Below, in pieces: positions 49,048 to 57,499 of a stretch of DNA of 64,000 nucleotides. Made by a program: the position numbers and the translations under genes. The notes below the pieces were generated by a model, which did no database searches, had not been told where the DNA came from, and was given only the letters and a program-made list of their open reading frames with translations. How positions within the stretch are numbered: position 1 is the stretch's first letter; each line of letters begins with the position of its first letter. Location of the stretch: positions 32,001 to 96,000 of the IMG/VR virus record IMGVR_UViG_3300028384_000991; one strand, written 5' to 3'. The DNA is from a virus.

Positions 49048-49099
49048 GTGTTTTTTTAATTTTTTTTTGGATTTTGGTTAAACTAAAATGTCAATAAAA

Positions 49100-49495
49100 T
49101 CAAGGGGTTAGTTCTTCGTCGGCTCTTTTTAGTGCTTTAGTTAGGCCATATTTTTTGACATCACCACTAAAAAGATGCAGTTCGAGTGCTTTCTTTTCGT
49201 CAAGAACTATGATCATTTTGTTTGTCAGATAGTACGGGCAAGTAATAAATCTATCTAACCAAATTACAGTATTTGTTGTAAGTTCAAAGTCTGGGGGAAA
49301 TGGTACTTCGTAGTATTGTAAATCTAATTTTTCTGTAACGAATGTAAAGCCAGCATCAGTTAAACGCAATCCTCCAGTATCCTTTGCTCTTGTGTTTTGC
49401 CACCATGTTGGCATATACTGTTTAATGGTTGCTTCTGTTATACTGATGTCTGCTTGTTTAAGAAATACTTTAGTGTAAGTTTCTTTCCAGTTCAC
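49100..49495 (-). CDS. Hypothetical protein, 131 aa
   Basis: ORF; GGLRLT..G motif. Confidence 0.65.
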   Translation of the reverse strand: MNWKETYTKVFLKQADISITEATIKQYMPTWWQNTRAKDTGGLRLTDAGFTFVTEKLDLQYYEVPFPPDFELTTNTVIWLDRFITCPYYLTNKMIIVLDEKKALELHLFSGDVKKYGLTKALKRADEELTP

Positions 49496-49920
49496 TTTAC
49501 CTTGCCTTCACGTAGAAGTTTTTCTCTGTTAGCCATATGCTTCATTTGTATTTCTTCTTTGCTACCACCAAAGTATGCAACAGCATGACCTTCTGAAACC
49601 ATGATGTCTGTAAGTCTATCTTCATCAATTAAAAAGTCTCCTAAGATACGTCCGAACTTGCCTTTCTTATCTTCTCCACTTTTATCAATTTCTGTTTTAA
49701 GTACTTGCATACTTCCTACTGGCATTTTTTCTTTTACAAAAGCCTTTGCCGCTAATCCAAATTTCTTTTCTACTTTATCTCGCGTTCTTGATTCAGGGGT
49801 ATCAATCCCCATCATTCTAACTCTTTCTTTCTTAAGCCATACTCCGAAACCTAAATCAATATCAACGTCTACTGTATCGCCATCGACTACACGTAAAATT
49901 TTACACTTGTATTCGTACAT
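49492..49920 (-). CDS. Thermonuclease (SNase-like) family nuclease
   Basis: RVVDGDT, RVR..GIDTPE, GKFGRILG. Confidence 0.8.
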   Translation of the reverse strand: MYEYKCKILRVVDGDTVDVDIDLGFGVWLKKERVRMMGIDTPESRTRDKVEKKFGLAAKAFVKEKMPVGSMQVLKTEIDKSGEDKKGKFGRILGDFLIDEDRLTDIMVSEGHAVAYFGGSKEEIQMKHMANREKLLREGKVK

Positions 49921-49924
49921 CTGC

Positions 49925-50215
49925 TTATCCCTCTGTTACTATTTCGCCCTTGTCTAACTTAACAACATTAAATTCTTCTGTGTTGAATAATGTGTTTAAT
50001 TTTTTAGCAAGATTGTGTGCGTGTCCTGGATTTGAAAAAGATACTTTTTTGTACTTAGGTCCAGGGAAACTTGATAGAGAATTTTGAGTTTTCAAGTTAA
50101 ATGGCTTGCCTTGATAAAATACTGCCCATATTGCTTCAGCCGCAAGGATCTGATCAGACTTGTAAGTCTTTTTGTCAACATACTCTAACAGTATTTTCGG
50201 TTTAGGTCTACTCAT
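49925..50215 (-). CDS. Hypothetical protein, 96 aa
   Basis: ORF with GAGGA SD. Confidence 0.7.
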   Translation of the reverse strand: MSRPKPKILLEYVDKKTYKSDQILAAEAIWAVFYQGKPFNLKTQNSLSSFPGPKYKKVSFSNPGHAHNLAKKLNTLFNTEEFNVVKLDKGEIVTEG

Positions 50216-50248
50216 TATATACGTGTCCTCAATAATAAACTACGTATA

Positions 50249-50254
50249 TATTTA
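50249..50254 (-). promoter_or_regulatory. Late promoter core TAAATA
   Basis: GATAAATA in the gap upstream of 50215. Confidence 0.5.
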
Positions 50255-50256
50255 TC

Positions 50257-50874
50257 TTATTTTTCAGTAATTGTTATATTAAAAGCAGTAGTTATTCTTG
50301 GAACTACGCTCTTTTGTATAGGAATACTATGGTTTAGATAAGGGGGAAAGAATATAATATCGCCTTCTTGTGCGTCAGCAATTATAACTTCTTTAGGGTG
50401 TTTTGCAGGCAATTTATGTGTTATAGGGGTAGGTTGTGTGCTTCTAATACCGTCTTGTGCAGGGTTATAGAATACTGTGGGTTCATGCTCTTGCGGATCG
50501 TATTTTACGTAGTGTACGGCGCATATTTGTATAGTACGAGGACTGGATAAATGATTGTGTATTTCTCCCCAACCACCTTTGCCTGTAACATTATACCAAG
50601 CATCAATACCAACGTTCCAGTCTTCGTGTTCGGTATCAAACCCATAAAACTGCATAAACTCGTTTATAGGAGTTTCGTATTTAGGTAGTAGTTCTTGCCA
50701 GTCTACTTGTTTTGCACCTGGAAAGAAATCGCTATACACATTACAAAAATCACAATTAGGACCGTTATTTAAAAAGTCTTGTTGTACATTGTAAGTTAGA
50801 AAACTTTTTATATCTTCTTGTGCAGGAACTTTTGTTTTATAGATATCTGTTTGGAATAGTGTTTGGATTTGCAT
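50257..50874 (-). CDS. 2OG-Fe(II) oxygenase-like protein (HxH type)
   Basis: WYN...EIHNH...EGDIIFFPPYLNH...RITTAFN. Confidence 0.75.
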   Translation of the reverse strand: MQIQTLFQTDIYKTKVPAQEDIKSFLTYNVQQDFLNNGPNCDFCNVYSDFFPGAKQVDWQELLPKYETPINEFMQFYGFDTEHEDWNVGIDAWYNVTGKGGWGEIHNHLSSPRTIQICAVHYVKYDPQEHEPTVFYNPAQDGIRSTQPTPITHKLPAKHPKEVIIADAQEGDIIFFPPYLNHSIPIQKSVVPRITTAFNITITEK

Positions 50875-51119
50875 TATTCTTTGAAGCCGCCGCCATCCAT
50901 CTCGACGTTAATTACTTCTTGTTCTGCCTTGACAGCATTTTCTTTTACAAATTTTTCTAAGTCGCCGTGTAGTCTTGCACTTACTTGTCCTAAAGTCAAT
51001 GCAAGATTCTTGGCTTGTTGAATTGGCAATCTAATTTCTTTTACATTAGATGTATCAGCAGATTTTACCTGTTGAATAAAAGTTTCAATAGGTGATGTAT
51101 TAATCGGCTCTTTTGTCAT
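50874..51119 (-). CDS. Hypothetical protein
   Basis: ORF ending MDGGGF. Confidence 0.6.
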   Translation of the reverse strand: MTKEPINTSPIETFIQQVKSADTSNVKEIRLPIQQAKNLALTLGQVSARLHGDLEKFVKENAVKAEQEVINVEMDGGGFKE

Positions 51120-51588
51120 CTGCATTTGCCTTTGATAGTTCTGAACGCATTGTCAACTCGTCCTTGAAAGGACCTTTAGATGTATAGCCTTCAATAGTAA
51201 CAAGTTTAGGACAGAAACTGCGTACCCAACCTTTTTCAAATCTAATAATGTAGTAACCTGCACAATACAGGCTTTTAGACTTTTTGCTTTTTGTAAACAA
51301 AGGAAGTTTACGTTTTACATCATACATTGAATTGTGCGGTACACAAGATGTTCTAAAACCATGAACTTCTTTATCAGTAGTAGTTTCAGTTTTTGCATCT
51401 TTGATACCCCACTCGATATCAACGTCTTTTGTTAATTGTTTTTCGCTTTCGTAAAATTTTGTGTGTGTATTGCAACAATACATATATGACTTATCTTCTT
51501 GTTTAGACAAAGTTCCTATACGTTCGCCGTCCTCTTCTACAATCCAAAATTTTCCTGCTACGATTGGGTTTGCTTTAATTTTCGTCAT
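51100..51588 (-). CDS. Hypothetical protein, 162 aa
   Basis: GGAGG SD; CAGYY...FCPKL. Confidence 0.7.
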   Translation of the reverse strand: MTKIKANPIVAGKFWIVEEDGERIGTLSKQEDKSYMYCCNTHTKFYESEKQLTKDVDIEWGIKDAKTETTTDKEVHGFRTSCVPHNSMYDVKRKLPLFTKSKKSKSLYCAGYYIIRFEKGWVRSFCPKLVTIEGYTSKGPFKDELTMRSELSKANADDKRAD

Positions 51589-52126
51589 TCAGTCCTCCAA
51601 AAGTTTCAGTATTCACAACTCTAACATCTAAACTTTTATTAGATGCTATTGCCGCATACAATCTTGTTCTGCCATCAATTACGTATCTTCCACTGTCTAA
51701 TTCCATTACCAACGGTGGTCGACAAGTTCCGTTTTCAATTGCTTCAAGAATTGGCTCTAAAGGAAATTCTCTTTCTCTGTAATCACGTTTATCACGTAAT
51801 TGCATTTCCTTAATATATGCTTCTTTATAACCGTCTTTTCCTCTAATGTCTTTTAATCGCATAAACATATAAGGATCTTCCGGCATATTTGCTAAGTTAT
51901 TTAAGCCAATAATTTCGTCAACTGACATATTTTGGACAACTACTTTTGCAAGTATTTTGCCCATTCTTTTTGCTACATCTTCACGTAGATAATCTTCTGT
52001 TGGTACGTATCTTTGTTTATTGCCTAAATTAACAGGCAAACTGTGTACAAAGTCCCTTACATCAGGCTCTGGACAACCGATCAATTCGTATGCATCTAAA
52101 AAGTTTTCGTCTTGTAATTCGCTCAT
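51575..52126 (-). CDS. ParB/Srx-like domain protein
   Basis: PPLV......YVIDGRTRLYA; ATGA overlap at 52123-52126. Confidence 0.55.
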   Translation of the reverse strand: MSELQDENFLDAYELIGCPEPDVRDFVHSLPVNLGNKQRYVPTEDYLREDVAKRMGKILAKVVVQNMSVDEIIGLNNLANMPEDPYMFMRLKDIRGKDGYKEAYIKEMQLRDKRDYREREFPLEPILEAIENGTCRPPLVMELDSGRYVIDGRTRLYAAIASNKSLDVRVVNTETFGGLNDEN

Positions 52127-52311
52127 GCTGATAATGATCCTACTGGTTTGCACACATATTTTACAGTATCCCAGTCACCATCAATAGGAAGTTCTGTGTA
52201 GACAGGTAGCATACTTTCACATTCTGCTTGAGAGTCAAAACGTTGCACATCTTGTTCTATACAAGTTGATCCTAAACAAACTGTAAGTAAGATATGCCAA
52301 ATAATTTCCAT
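52123..52311 (-). CDS. Small hypothetical protein, 62 aa
   Basis: Coupled overlaps on both sides; hydrophobic N-terminus and four Cys. Confidence 0.55.
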   Translation of the reverse strand: MEIIWHILLTVCLGSTCIEQDVQRFDSQAECESMLPVYTELPIDGDWDTVKYVCKPVGSLSA

Positions 52312-53291
52312 TATGCATACCTTGCATTTAGAGGTTCGCTATAACTCTGCACTTGTTCTGAAATTCTATTAAGTTCGTGTTTAGCACAGAACTTCATAAG
52401 TTTCACACCAACTTGAGCAACTTCTTTAGGCTTACTATTATCTGCAATAACCTGTGCTAAGATTTGTTTAATTTCATCTGGCTGTGCGGATAAATCACAA
52501 AGTGTTACATTGCGTTGATAGTCTTCAAGCACACGATGTTCTACACCTTCATGATCAATCCAACGTTGTAGCATCATATTATTCCAGTTATAACCTTTGC
52601 TATCTTTGTCAGCAAATGCTTCTTTTAAGCCTACTTTGTTTTTAGTGCCTTTTACTCTAACACCAGGATATGCTGAGAACACATTATCACTTGTGTCACC
52701 ACGCATACACTTTTCAAATAGTAACCATTGCGGATCGGGTGCCGCCTTAGGCTCGTTAGTTTTCTTGTCTACCACAGGTTTACCTTTATCATCAAAGTAA
52801 CCTTCGTGTGTAACTGTTACGTTTTGTACACCATTGTACTGCTTTACATTGGGAGCAATTAATTGTGCAAAATCTCCGTCAGTTGAAATAATAACATGAT
52901 TGTCATTAGGATGTGATTGTATCCAACCTGCAATTAAATCATCTGCTTCGAGTTGCGGATGTTGTAAAACAGTACAATTAGTTTTGTTTGTAACAAAGTC
53001 TTTAAACTCGTCAAACATTTCCCAGAATACTTCTTCTTCCTCTTGCTGACTTGCAGTTAGTGCCGCACGAGCATCACTTCTATTTCTTTTGTAAGGCTCG
53101 TAATAATCTTTACGCCAACTGCGTCCTTCAAGACAAAATATAACATGACTGCCGTCAAAGTCTTGCCATGCTTTCCTAATACCGTTTAAAGTAATATGAA
53201 AAGCCATGCCAACTTTATCTGTAAGGTTACCTCGTACTACGTGTCTTGCACGAAAGAAAGTGTTAGCAGTATCTACAAGAATATAGTTCAT
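52311..53291 (-). CDS. rnh: T4 RNase H-like 5'-3' exonuclease
   Basis: ILVD..N, SWRK..Y..YK.NR, EADD, STDGDF, GD.SDN motifs. Confidence 0.85.
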   Translation of the reverse strand: MNYILVDTANTFFRARHVVRGNLTDKVGMAFHITLNGIRKAWQDFDGSHVIFCLEGRSWRKDYYEPYKRNRSDARAALTASQQEEEEVFWEMFDEFKDFVTNKTNCTVLQHPQLEADDLIAGWIQSHPNDNHVIISTDGDFAQLIAPNVKQYNGVQNVTVTHEGYFDDKGKPVVDKKTNEPKAAPDPQWLLFEKCMRGDTSDNVFSAYPGVRVKGTKNKVGLKEAFADKDSKGYNWNNMMLQRWIDHEGVEHRVLEDYQRNVTLCDLSAQPDEIKQILAQVIADNSKPKEVAQVGVKLMKFCAKHELNRISEQVQSYSEPLNARYA

Positions 53292-53500
53292 TTTTTACCC
53301 TTAAAATATTTTTCACTGTACCATTTATAAAATGCAGGATCAGTAAAAAACTCTGCAACATGACTTGCTGGAACTTGATCGCTTCTAATACATTCGGCAA
53401 GAGATTCATATTCATACGTATCTACTTTACGTTTCATAGGTTTATCTTTAAAATTCTCTGCCAATGTCTTAACCATTCTATAGTTCTTTTCCGAATCCAT
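53288..53500 (-). CDS. Hypothetical protein (probably leaderless)
   Basis: ATG 53500 lies 6 nt after a -10 box. Confidence 0.6.
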   Translation of the reverse strand: MDSEKNYRMVKTLAENFKDKPMKRKVDTYEYESLAECIRSDQVPASHVAEFFTDPAFYKWYSEKYFKGKK

Positions 53501-53506
53501 AGTCAT

Positions 53507-53535
53507 ATTATACTATTTTTTAGGTGTGTTGTCAA
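53507..53535 (-). promoter_or_regulatory. Sigma70-type promoter TTGACA-17-TATAAT
   Basis: Perfect consensus overlapping the end of the upstream gene. Confidence 0.75.
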
Positions 53536-54223
53536 CCTGTTGTTTTGCTTTTTCTTGAATTTCTTTTAGAACTTCTTGGTTCATAAAAGGAATAGCATTC
53601 ATTTCTTTGTGATCAAAACTGTTGGTTAATCTTAGATCAAATGCAACACTAATACGAATATCATCTCTTGTATGTGGTTCTACATAGTGAGGTGTACAAC
53701 TTGGAAACATAACACATCCACCTTTTTTATTAGGTAGTGCAATTTTTGATTCCGGGTCAAAGTTTGAATGATATACAGTGTTTGTATGATAATCGCCAAA
53801 GTGCATATTACCACTTAGATAAGAATCAGGCTGTGCACCATGTGCGTGTGAATCCATACCTTCGTCTTTGCGTAAGATATTTGCCCAACAAACAATCTGT
53901 AAGTCTTTTAATTCTAATTGCTGTTTCTGTACATATTCAAGATATGAATATCTTAAAAAGGTTAACAGTTCTTTGAAAGCAGGTTCGTCTTGTTCTAACA
54001 AATTATATCTACCAAAACGTGTAGTAATATGATTTTCGTTTAAACCTGTGCCGCCCGTATTAGTATATTCATAATCAAGAATAGTCTTTTCGTTCTTTTC
54101 AATCCACTCGTGAATTTTATCCACGTGTTCAAGATCAGTCCAGTTTGTAAGCCAAAGTGGAATGTTCCAACTTGGAGCAAACTCTGTTTGTGGGTGATAA
54201 CTTTTAATTCTAATTAGCGACAT
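53513..54223 (-). CDS. 2OG-Fe(II) oxygenase-like protein (HxH type)
   Basis: CWANI...DSHAH...LSG...FPS..PH...RISVAFD. Confidence 0.75.
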   Translation of the reverse strand: MSLIRIKSYHPQTEFAPSWNIPLWLTNWTDLEHVDKIHEWIEKNEKTILDYEYTNTGGTGLNENHITTRFGRYNLLEQDEPAFKELLTFLRYSYLEYVQKQQLELKDLQIVCWANILRKDEGMDSHAHGAQPDSYLSGNMHFGDYHTNTVYHSNFDPESKIALPNKKGGCVMFPSCTPHYVEPHTRDDIRISVAFDLRLTNSFDHKEMNAIPFMNQEVLKEIQEKAKQQVDNTPKK

Positions 54224-54591
54224 TACTTAACCTCCGATTTACCATCACCTAAGTTTTTGGTATTAATGAATCCTGCACCTCGATTAGGATCGTGTCCTTC
54301 GTCAGCAAGAACATTCCTTGCAAGATCTTTAAACCACATATCAACAATTTCTTCATTTGATTCACCTGAATAACCTGCATCAAGTAACTGTTCAATAAAT
54401 TCATTGTTCCAATCAAGTTCAAAGAAACCATTGCGAATGTTATCTTTGTTAACCTGTGTATCAAGTACACCAACCCAAGGTTTTTTAGCCTTAGTTGCGG
54501 CTTCTTTTTCTTTCATCATCAAGTCACGATGTGAAAGTTCTTTTTCATTCGTGCTTGGCTTTTTAAACATATTTTTAAGTTTGTCCATCAT
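54223..54591 (-). CDS. Hypothetical protein, 122 aa
   Basis: ORF; GFFELDWN motif. Confidence 0.7.
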   Translation of the reverse strand: MMDKLKNMFKKPSTNEKELSHRDLMMKEKEAATKAKKPWVGVLDTQVNKDNIRNGFFELDWNNEFIEQLLDAGYSGESNEEIVDMWFKDLARNVLADEGHDPNRGAGFINTKNLGDGKSEVK

Positions 54592-55052
54592 AATCCGGCC
54601 TTCCTTGCTTTTACGTCAGGCGCTTCTTCCTCCTTAAGTTCCCCAGGCGTTTCCGAAGATGTCGACGTGTAGTCTGGGTGTATAGCGCCAACCTCGCTCC
54701 ATTGCCAATGTTGCGACTCCTCTGGTGTTGAGTTTGTATTCTTCCGATCTGCCACCCAAGGGCATAACGTATACAGGGCAATCAATCCCTTCTTTGCGGA
54801 ATGCATCAACTGCTTTAGATACTTCGTCCACATCATATTCATCAGCGACCACAAACTTGAAATACATATCACTATTAGGAATGTTGTAGTAACTACGAGC
54901 AATGTCAGGCTTGATAGCAGTATCCCAAGGCTCTCCGCTAACGGAAAGTTTTGGACTGCACGACCAAGTGACTTTGAATCTGTTTTGAGTTTCGAGATAT
55001 TCTCGGAAATCATCTCTGAGAGTTTGTGTTGTATTTGTTTCAAACGTAACAT
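54588..55052 (-). CDS. Candidate overprinted gene (154 aa, one hydrophobic segment) in the +1 frame of queE
   Basis: GGAGG SD 9 nt before ATG 55052; TGA overlaps the ATG of the next gene; GC and codon shift in the queE 3' half. Confidence 0.55.
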   Translation of the reverse strand: MLRLKQIQHKLSEMISENISKLKTDSKSLGRAVQNFPLAESLGILLSSLTLLVVTTTFLIVICISSLWSLMNMMWTKYLKQLMHSAKKGLIALYTLCPWVADRKNTNSTPEESQHWQWSEVGAIHPDYTSTSSETPGELKEEEAPDVKARKAGL

Positions 55053-55530
55053 TTTTTAGATCCTCCATACGAGGGTGTTCGAATAGTTCGGCGTAAAATC
55101 TTTGCCACCCCAACAAAGGTTCACCACCTGTTAAAATAAAATGAACATCCTGTCCATTATCCATTGTCCACTTACCTTGCGGAGTAAGACTTAAAATATG
55201 CTCAACAACTTCATCAACTGTTCTATCGTTCATATATTTTTTAAATTCAGGATAGATACTTGCATAAGTATCACAGCCTGTATGTACAATAGGCAATTCT
55301 TCAAATGTTTTAATTTTGTCAGTAACACCGTCATCAAGCAATGCTTTAACTTCACTGTTGTGTTTAACACCGTTAGCAAGTTTTTCATCACGCATAGGTT
55401 CACCTCTTGCTAAACCAAAGTTCATGCAACGGAAGTTACAACCAAATGTTCTTAAGAATACAGAAGGAACACCAACAAAGCGTCCTTCTCCTTGCACACT
55501 GTAAAATGCTTCACTATATCTTAGTTTCAT
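54634..55530 (-). CDS. queE: 7-carboxy-7-deazaguanine synthase (radical SAM)
   Basis: SEAFYSVQGEG..VGVPSVFLRTFGCNFRC...CDT, TGGEP, FETN, SPKL, PRLH. Confidence 0.9.
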   Translation of the reverse strand: MKLRYSEAFYSVQGEGRFVGVPSVFLRTFGCNFRCMNFGLARGEPMRDEKLANGVKHNSEVKALLDDGVTDKIKTFEELPIVHTGCDTYASIYPEFKKYMNDRTVDEVVEHILSLTPQGKWTMDNGQDVHFILTGGEPLLGWQRFYAELFEHPRMEDLKNVTFETNTTQTLRDDFREYLETQNRFKVTWSCSPKLSVSGEPWDTAIKPDIARSYYNIPNSDMYFKFVVADEYDVDEVSKAVDAFRKEGIDCPVYVMPLGGRSEEYKLNTRGVATLAMERGWRYTPRLHVDIFGNAWGT

Positions 55531-55697
55531 TCTTTCACCTGTACCAATGGCTCATTGTAATATGAGTCGTGATAGTCGCCATCCTTTTGATATTGACGTA
55601 CAGACGTATCTTTTACAAGACGTCCGTCTTTGACAGTATAGGTAGTGTAAATCTCTTTGATTACACCTTCCTTAGATCTTTCCATATGCGATTTCAT
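55527..55697 (-). CDS. Small hypothetical protein, 56 aa
   Basis: AAGGAAGG SD; ATGA overlap with queE. Confidence 0.55.
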   Translation of the reverse strand: MKSHMERSKEGVIKEIYTTYTVKDGRLVKDTSVRQYQKDGDYHDSYYNEPLVQVKE

Positions 55698-55707
55698 TGG
55701 GCCTTCC

Positions 55708-56394
55708 TTAGTCACGTGCAAACTCCTGTTGTAATTTAATGTTATCCATAAATTCTTTTTTAGTACCTGGATCATTAGCAAACGCACCTTTAAGCACAGT
55801 TGTCTGTGTTAAACTACTCTTTGCCATAATACCTCTGTTCTCACAACAACCATGTGTTGCTTGAACATATACACCTACGTTTTCAGAACCTGTTGCTTTC
55901 ATAATCTCACGAGCAATGTCATTGTTTAGTTCTTCTTGCAGTGTACCACGTCTTGCACACCATTGTGCAATTCTTGTGTATTTCGATAAACCAATAAGTG
56001 TATCAGCGGCAATAATACCAATATATGCCACACCGCCTACTGGCTGATGATGATGTGAACAAACACTTTTAAGTTCGCTTCGTACAACAAGCATACCTTT
56101 GTAACCATCATCTATATGATTAGGAAATGCAGTTGCATTAGGCATAGGATTATACCTACCACTCATTAGTTCATTGTAATACATTTTTGCAAGACGTCTT
56201 GCAGTATCTTGTGAATTTGGATCGTTGTGACGATCAATAATTAACCTATCAAGAACAGATTCAAAAGCCTCTGTTGCTTCATCTATCAAAATATCTTTTT
56301 CACCTTTAAAAATATATTCTGATATATTATCGCCTGCCCAATAACGTTTGTTATTGTCTGTAATACGTTTTGTTACTTCTTCATATTTTTTCAA
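55708..56394 (-). CDS. folE: GTP cyclohydrolase I
   Basis: TARRLAKMY, SVCSHH, IGLSKY.R, LQE, HGC...RG; TTG start with GGAGA SD. Confidence 0.92.
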   Translation of the reverse strand: MKKYEEVTKRITDNNKRYWAGDNISEYIFKGEKDILIDEATEAFESVLDRLIIDRHNDPNSQDTARRLAKMYYNELMSGRYNPMPNATAFPNHIDDGYKGMLVVRSELKSVCSHHHQPVGGVAYIGIIAADTLIGLSKYTRIAQWCARRGTLQEELNNDIAREIMKATGSENVGVYVQATHGCCENRGIMAKSSLTQTTVLKGAFANDPGTKKEFMDNIKLQQEFARD

Positions 56395-56410
56395 TTTACT
56401 TCTCCGAGTT

Positions 56411-56428
56411 ATAGACGTGGATGTCTAT
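56411..56428 (-). promoter_or_regulatory. Hairpin in the folE 5' leader
   Basis: ATAGAC-ATCCAC-GTCTAT between the promoter and the SD. Confidence 0.45.
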
Positions 56429-56438
56429 TATTGTTTAC

Positions 56439-56467
56439 ATTATATACTTTATTTAGGTTTTTGTCAA
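56439..56467 (-). promoter_or_regulatory. Sigma70-type promoter TTGACA-17-TATAAT for folE-queE
   Basis: Perfect consensus. Confidence 0.8.
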
Positions 56468-56480
56468 GTATATTATACAC

Positions 56481-56687
56481 TTAAAAATACTTTTTGAGCA
56501 TTTCGATTTGATCATCATATTCTGCTACAATGTTCAATTCTTTTTCAATTGCTTCAAGAATATCAGGATGTTCTCCAACACCTGCCGCATTATGGAAATA
56601 TACTTCAATATTTGCTTTGTGTTTTGCAATATGTCCTTCTGCGTGTTTGATCATTGCTTCTTTCATTAGTTCTCTATCGTAGGCCAT
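56481..56687 (-). CDS. Hypothetical protein, 68 aa
   Basis: AAGGA SD; GVGEHPDI motif. Confidence 0.7.
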   Translation of the reverse strand: MAYDRELMKEAMIKHAEGHIAKHKANIEVYFHNAAGVGEHPDILEAIEKELNIVAEYDDQIEMLKKYF

Positions 56688-56689
56688 TG

Positions 56690-57499
56690 TTATTCCTTTC
56701 CTATGTTTGGGACAAATTCATTTGCAATTAATTGGTGAGCCTCTACATTGTAGTGTTCGTCATCAATTGTGAATGAATCTGTATTGCTTTTACTTTCCAA
56801 AAACTCTCTAATGTTTTGGTTAGCAACTTTACCATATGAACAGTCACCAAGCATATTTAGATCTTTAGGTAACCATGTGTTCTCATTAATGGCAAAGATT
56901 TTTAATTCTGCATTGTTTTCTTTGCAGAGTGTATTCCAAAGATATACTTCTTTGAAAAAACTTCTTTGTGCTACAACAGTCATTAGTTCATACCATGCCT
57001 TCAGTCTTTGATATCCTTCTTGTTGTAGATTGGGGTCTTGAATGTCAAATGGTTCAAACGTAAAACCAATTGACGGATTAACTGCATAATCTCCTGCAAC
57101 TGTTATTCTTCCTGTATCAAAACTTTTATTTTCATCGTCCCACATATTGATATTGTAACAGTCTATACGTCCTTTAGTTTCTTCTAAGTTCATATGACGT
57201 TCAAGTGGAACTATGTTTTCGTAGTGGCAAGGATTTTGAAAACCAAATCTAAACCTATTCCAGTAAGTTTGTTGTATTACAACTTCATCTATGTCATTGT
57301 ATTTCTTAAATAGAAATGCAAGACGTTCACTGTAGTCATACCAACCTCTTCCAGGACAAGCAAAAATTACACCGTCTTTGTTTTGATTGTTTATATAAAA
57401 CTCTGCCCAGTTGTTATCATTCCAACGATCACGTTGACCTTGTTGCTGACTATAACTATAGCCTGCACTATGACTACAACCTATGACAGCAGTTCTCAT
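56690..57499 (-). CDS. SGNH/GDSL-like protein
   Basis: IGCSHS block I; DDEHY (DxH) near the C-terminus. Confidence 0.5.
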   Translation of the reverse strand: MRTAVIGCSHSAGYSYSQQQGQRDRWNDNNWAEFYINNQNKDGVIFACPGRGWYDYSERLAFLFKKYNDIDEVVIQQTYWNRFRFGFQNPCHYENIVPLERHMNLEETKGRIDCYNINMWDDENKSFDTGRITVAGDYAVNPSIGFTFEPFDIQDPNLQQEGYQRLKAWYELMTVVAQRSFFKEVYLWNTLCKENNAELKIFAINENTWLPKDLNMLGDCSYGKVANQNIREFLESKSNTDSFTIDDEHYNVEAHQLIANEFVPNIGKE

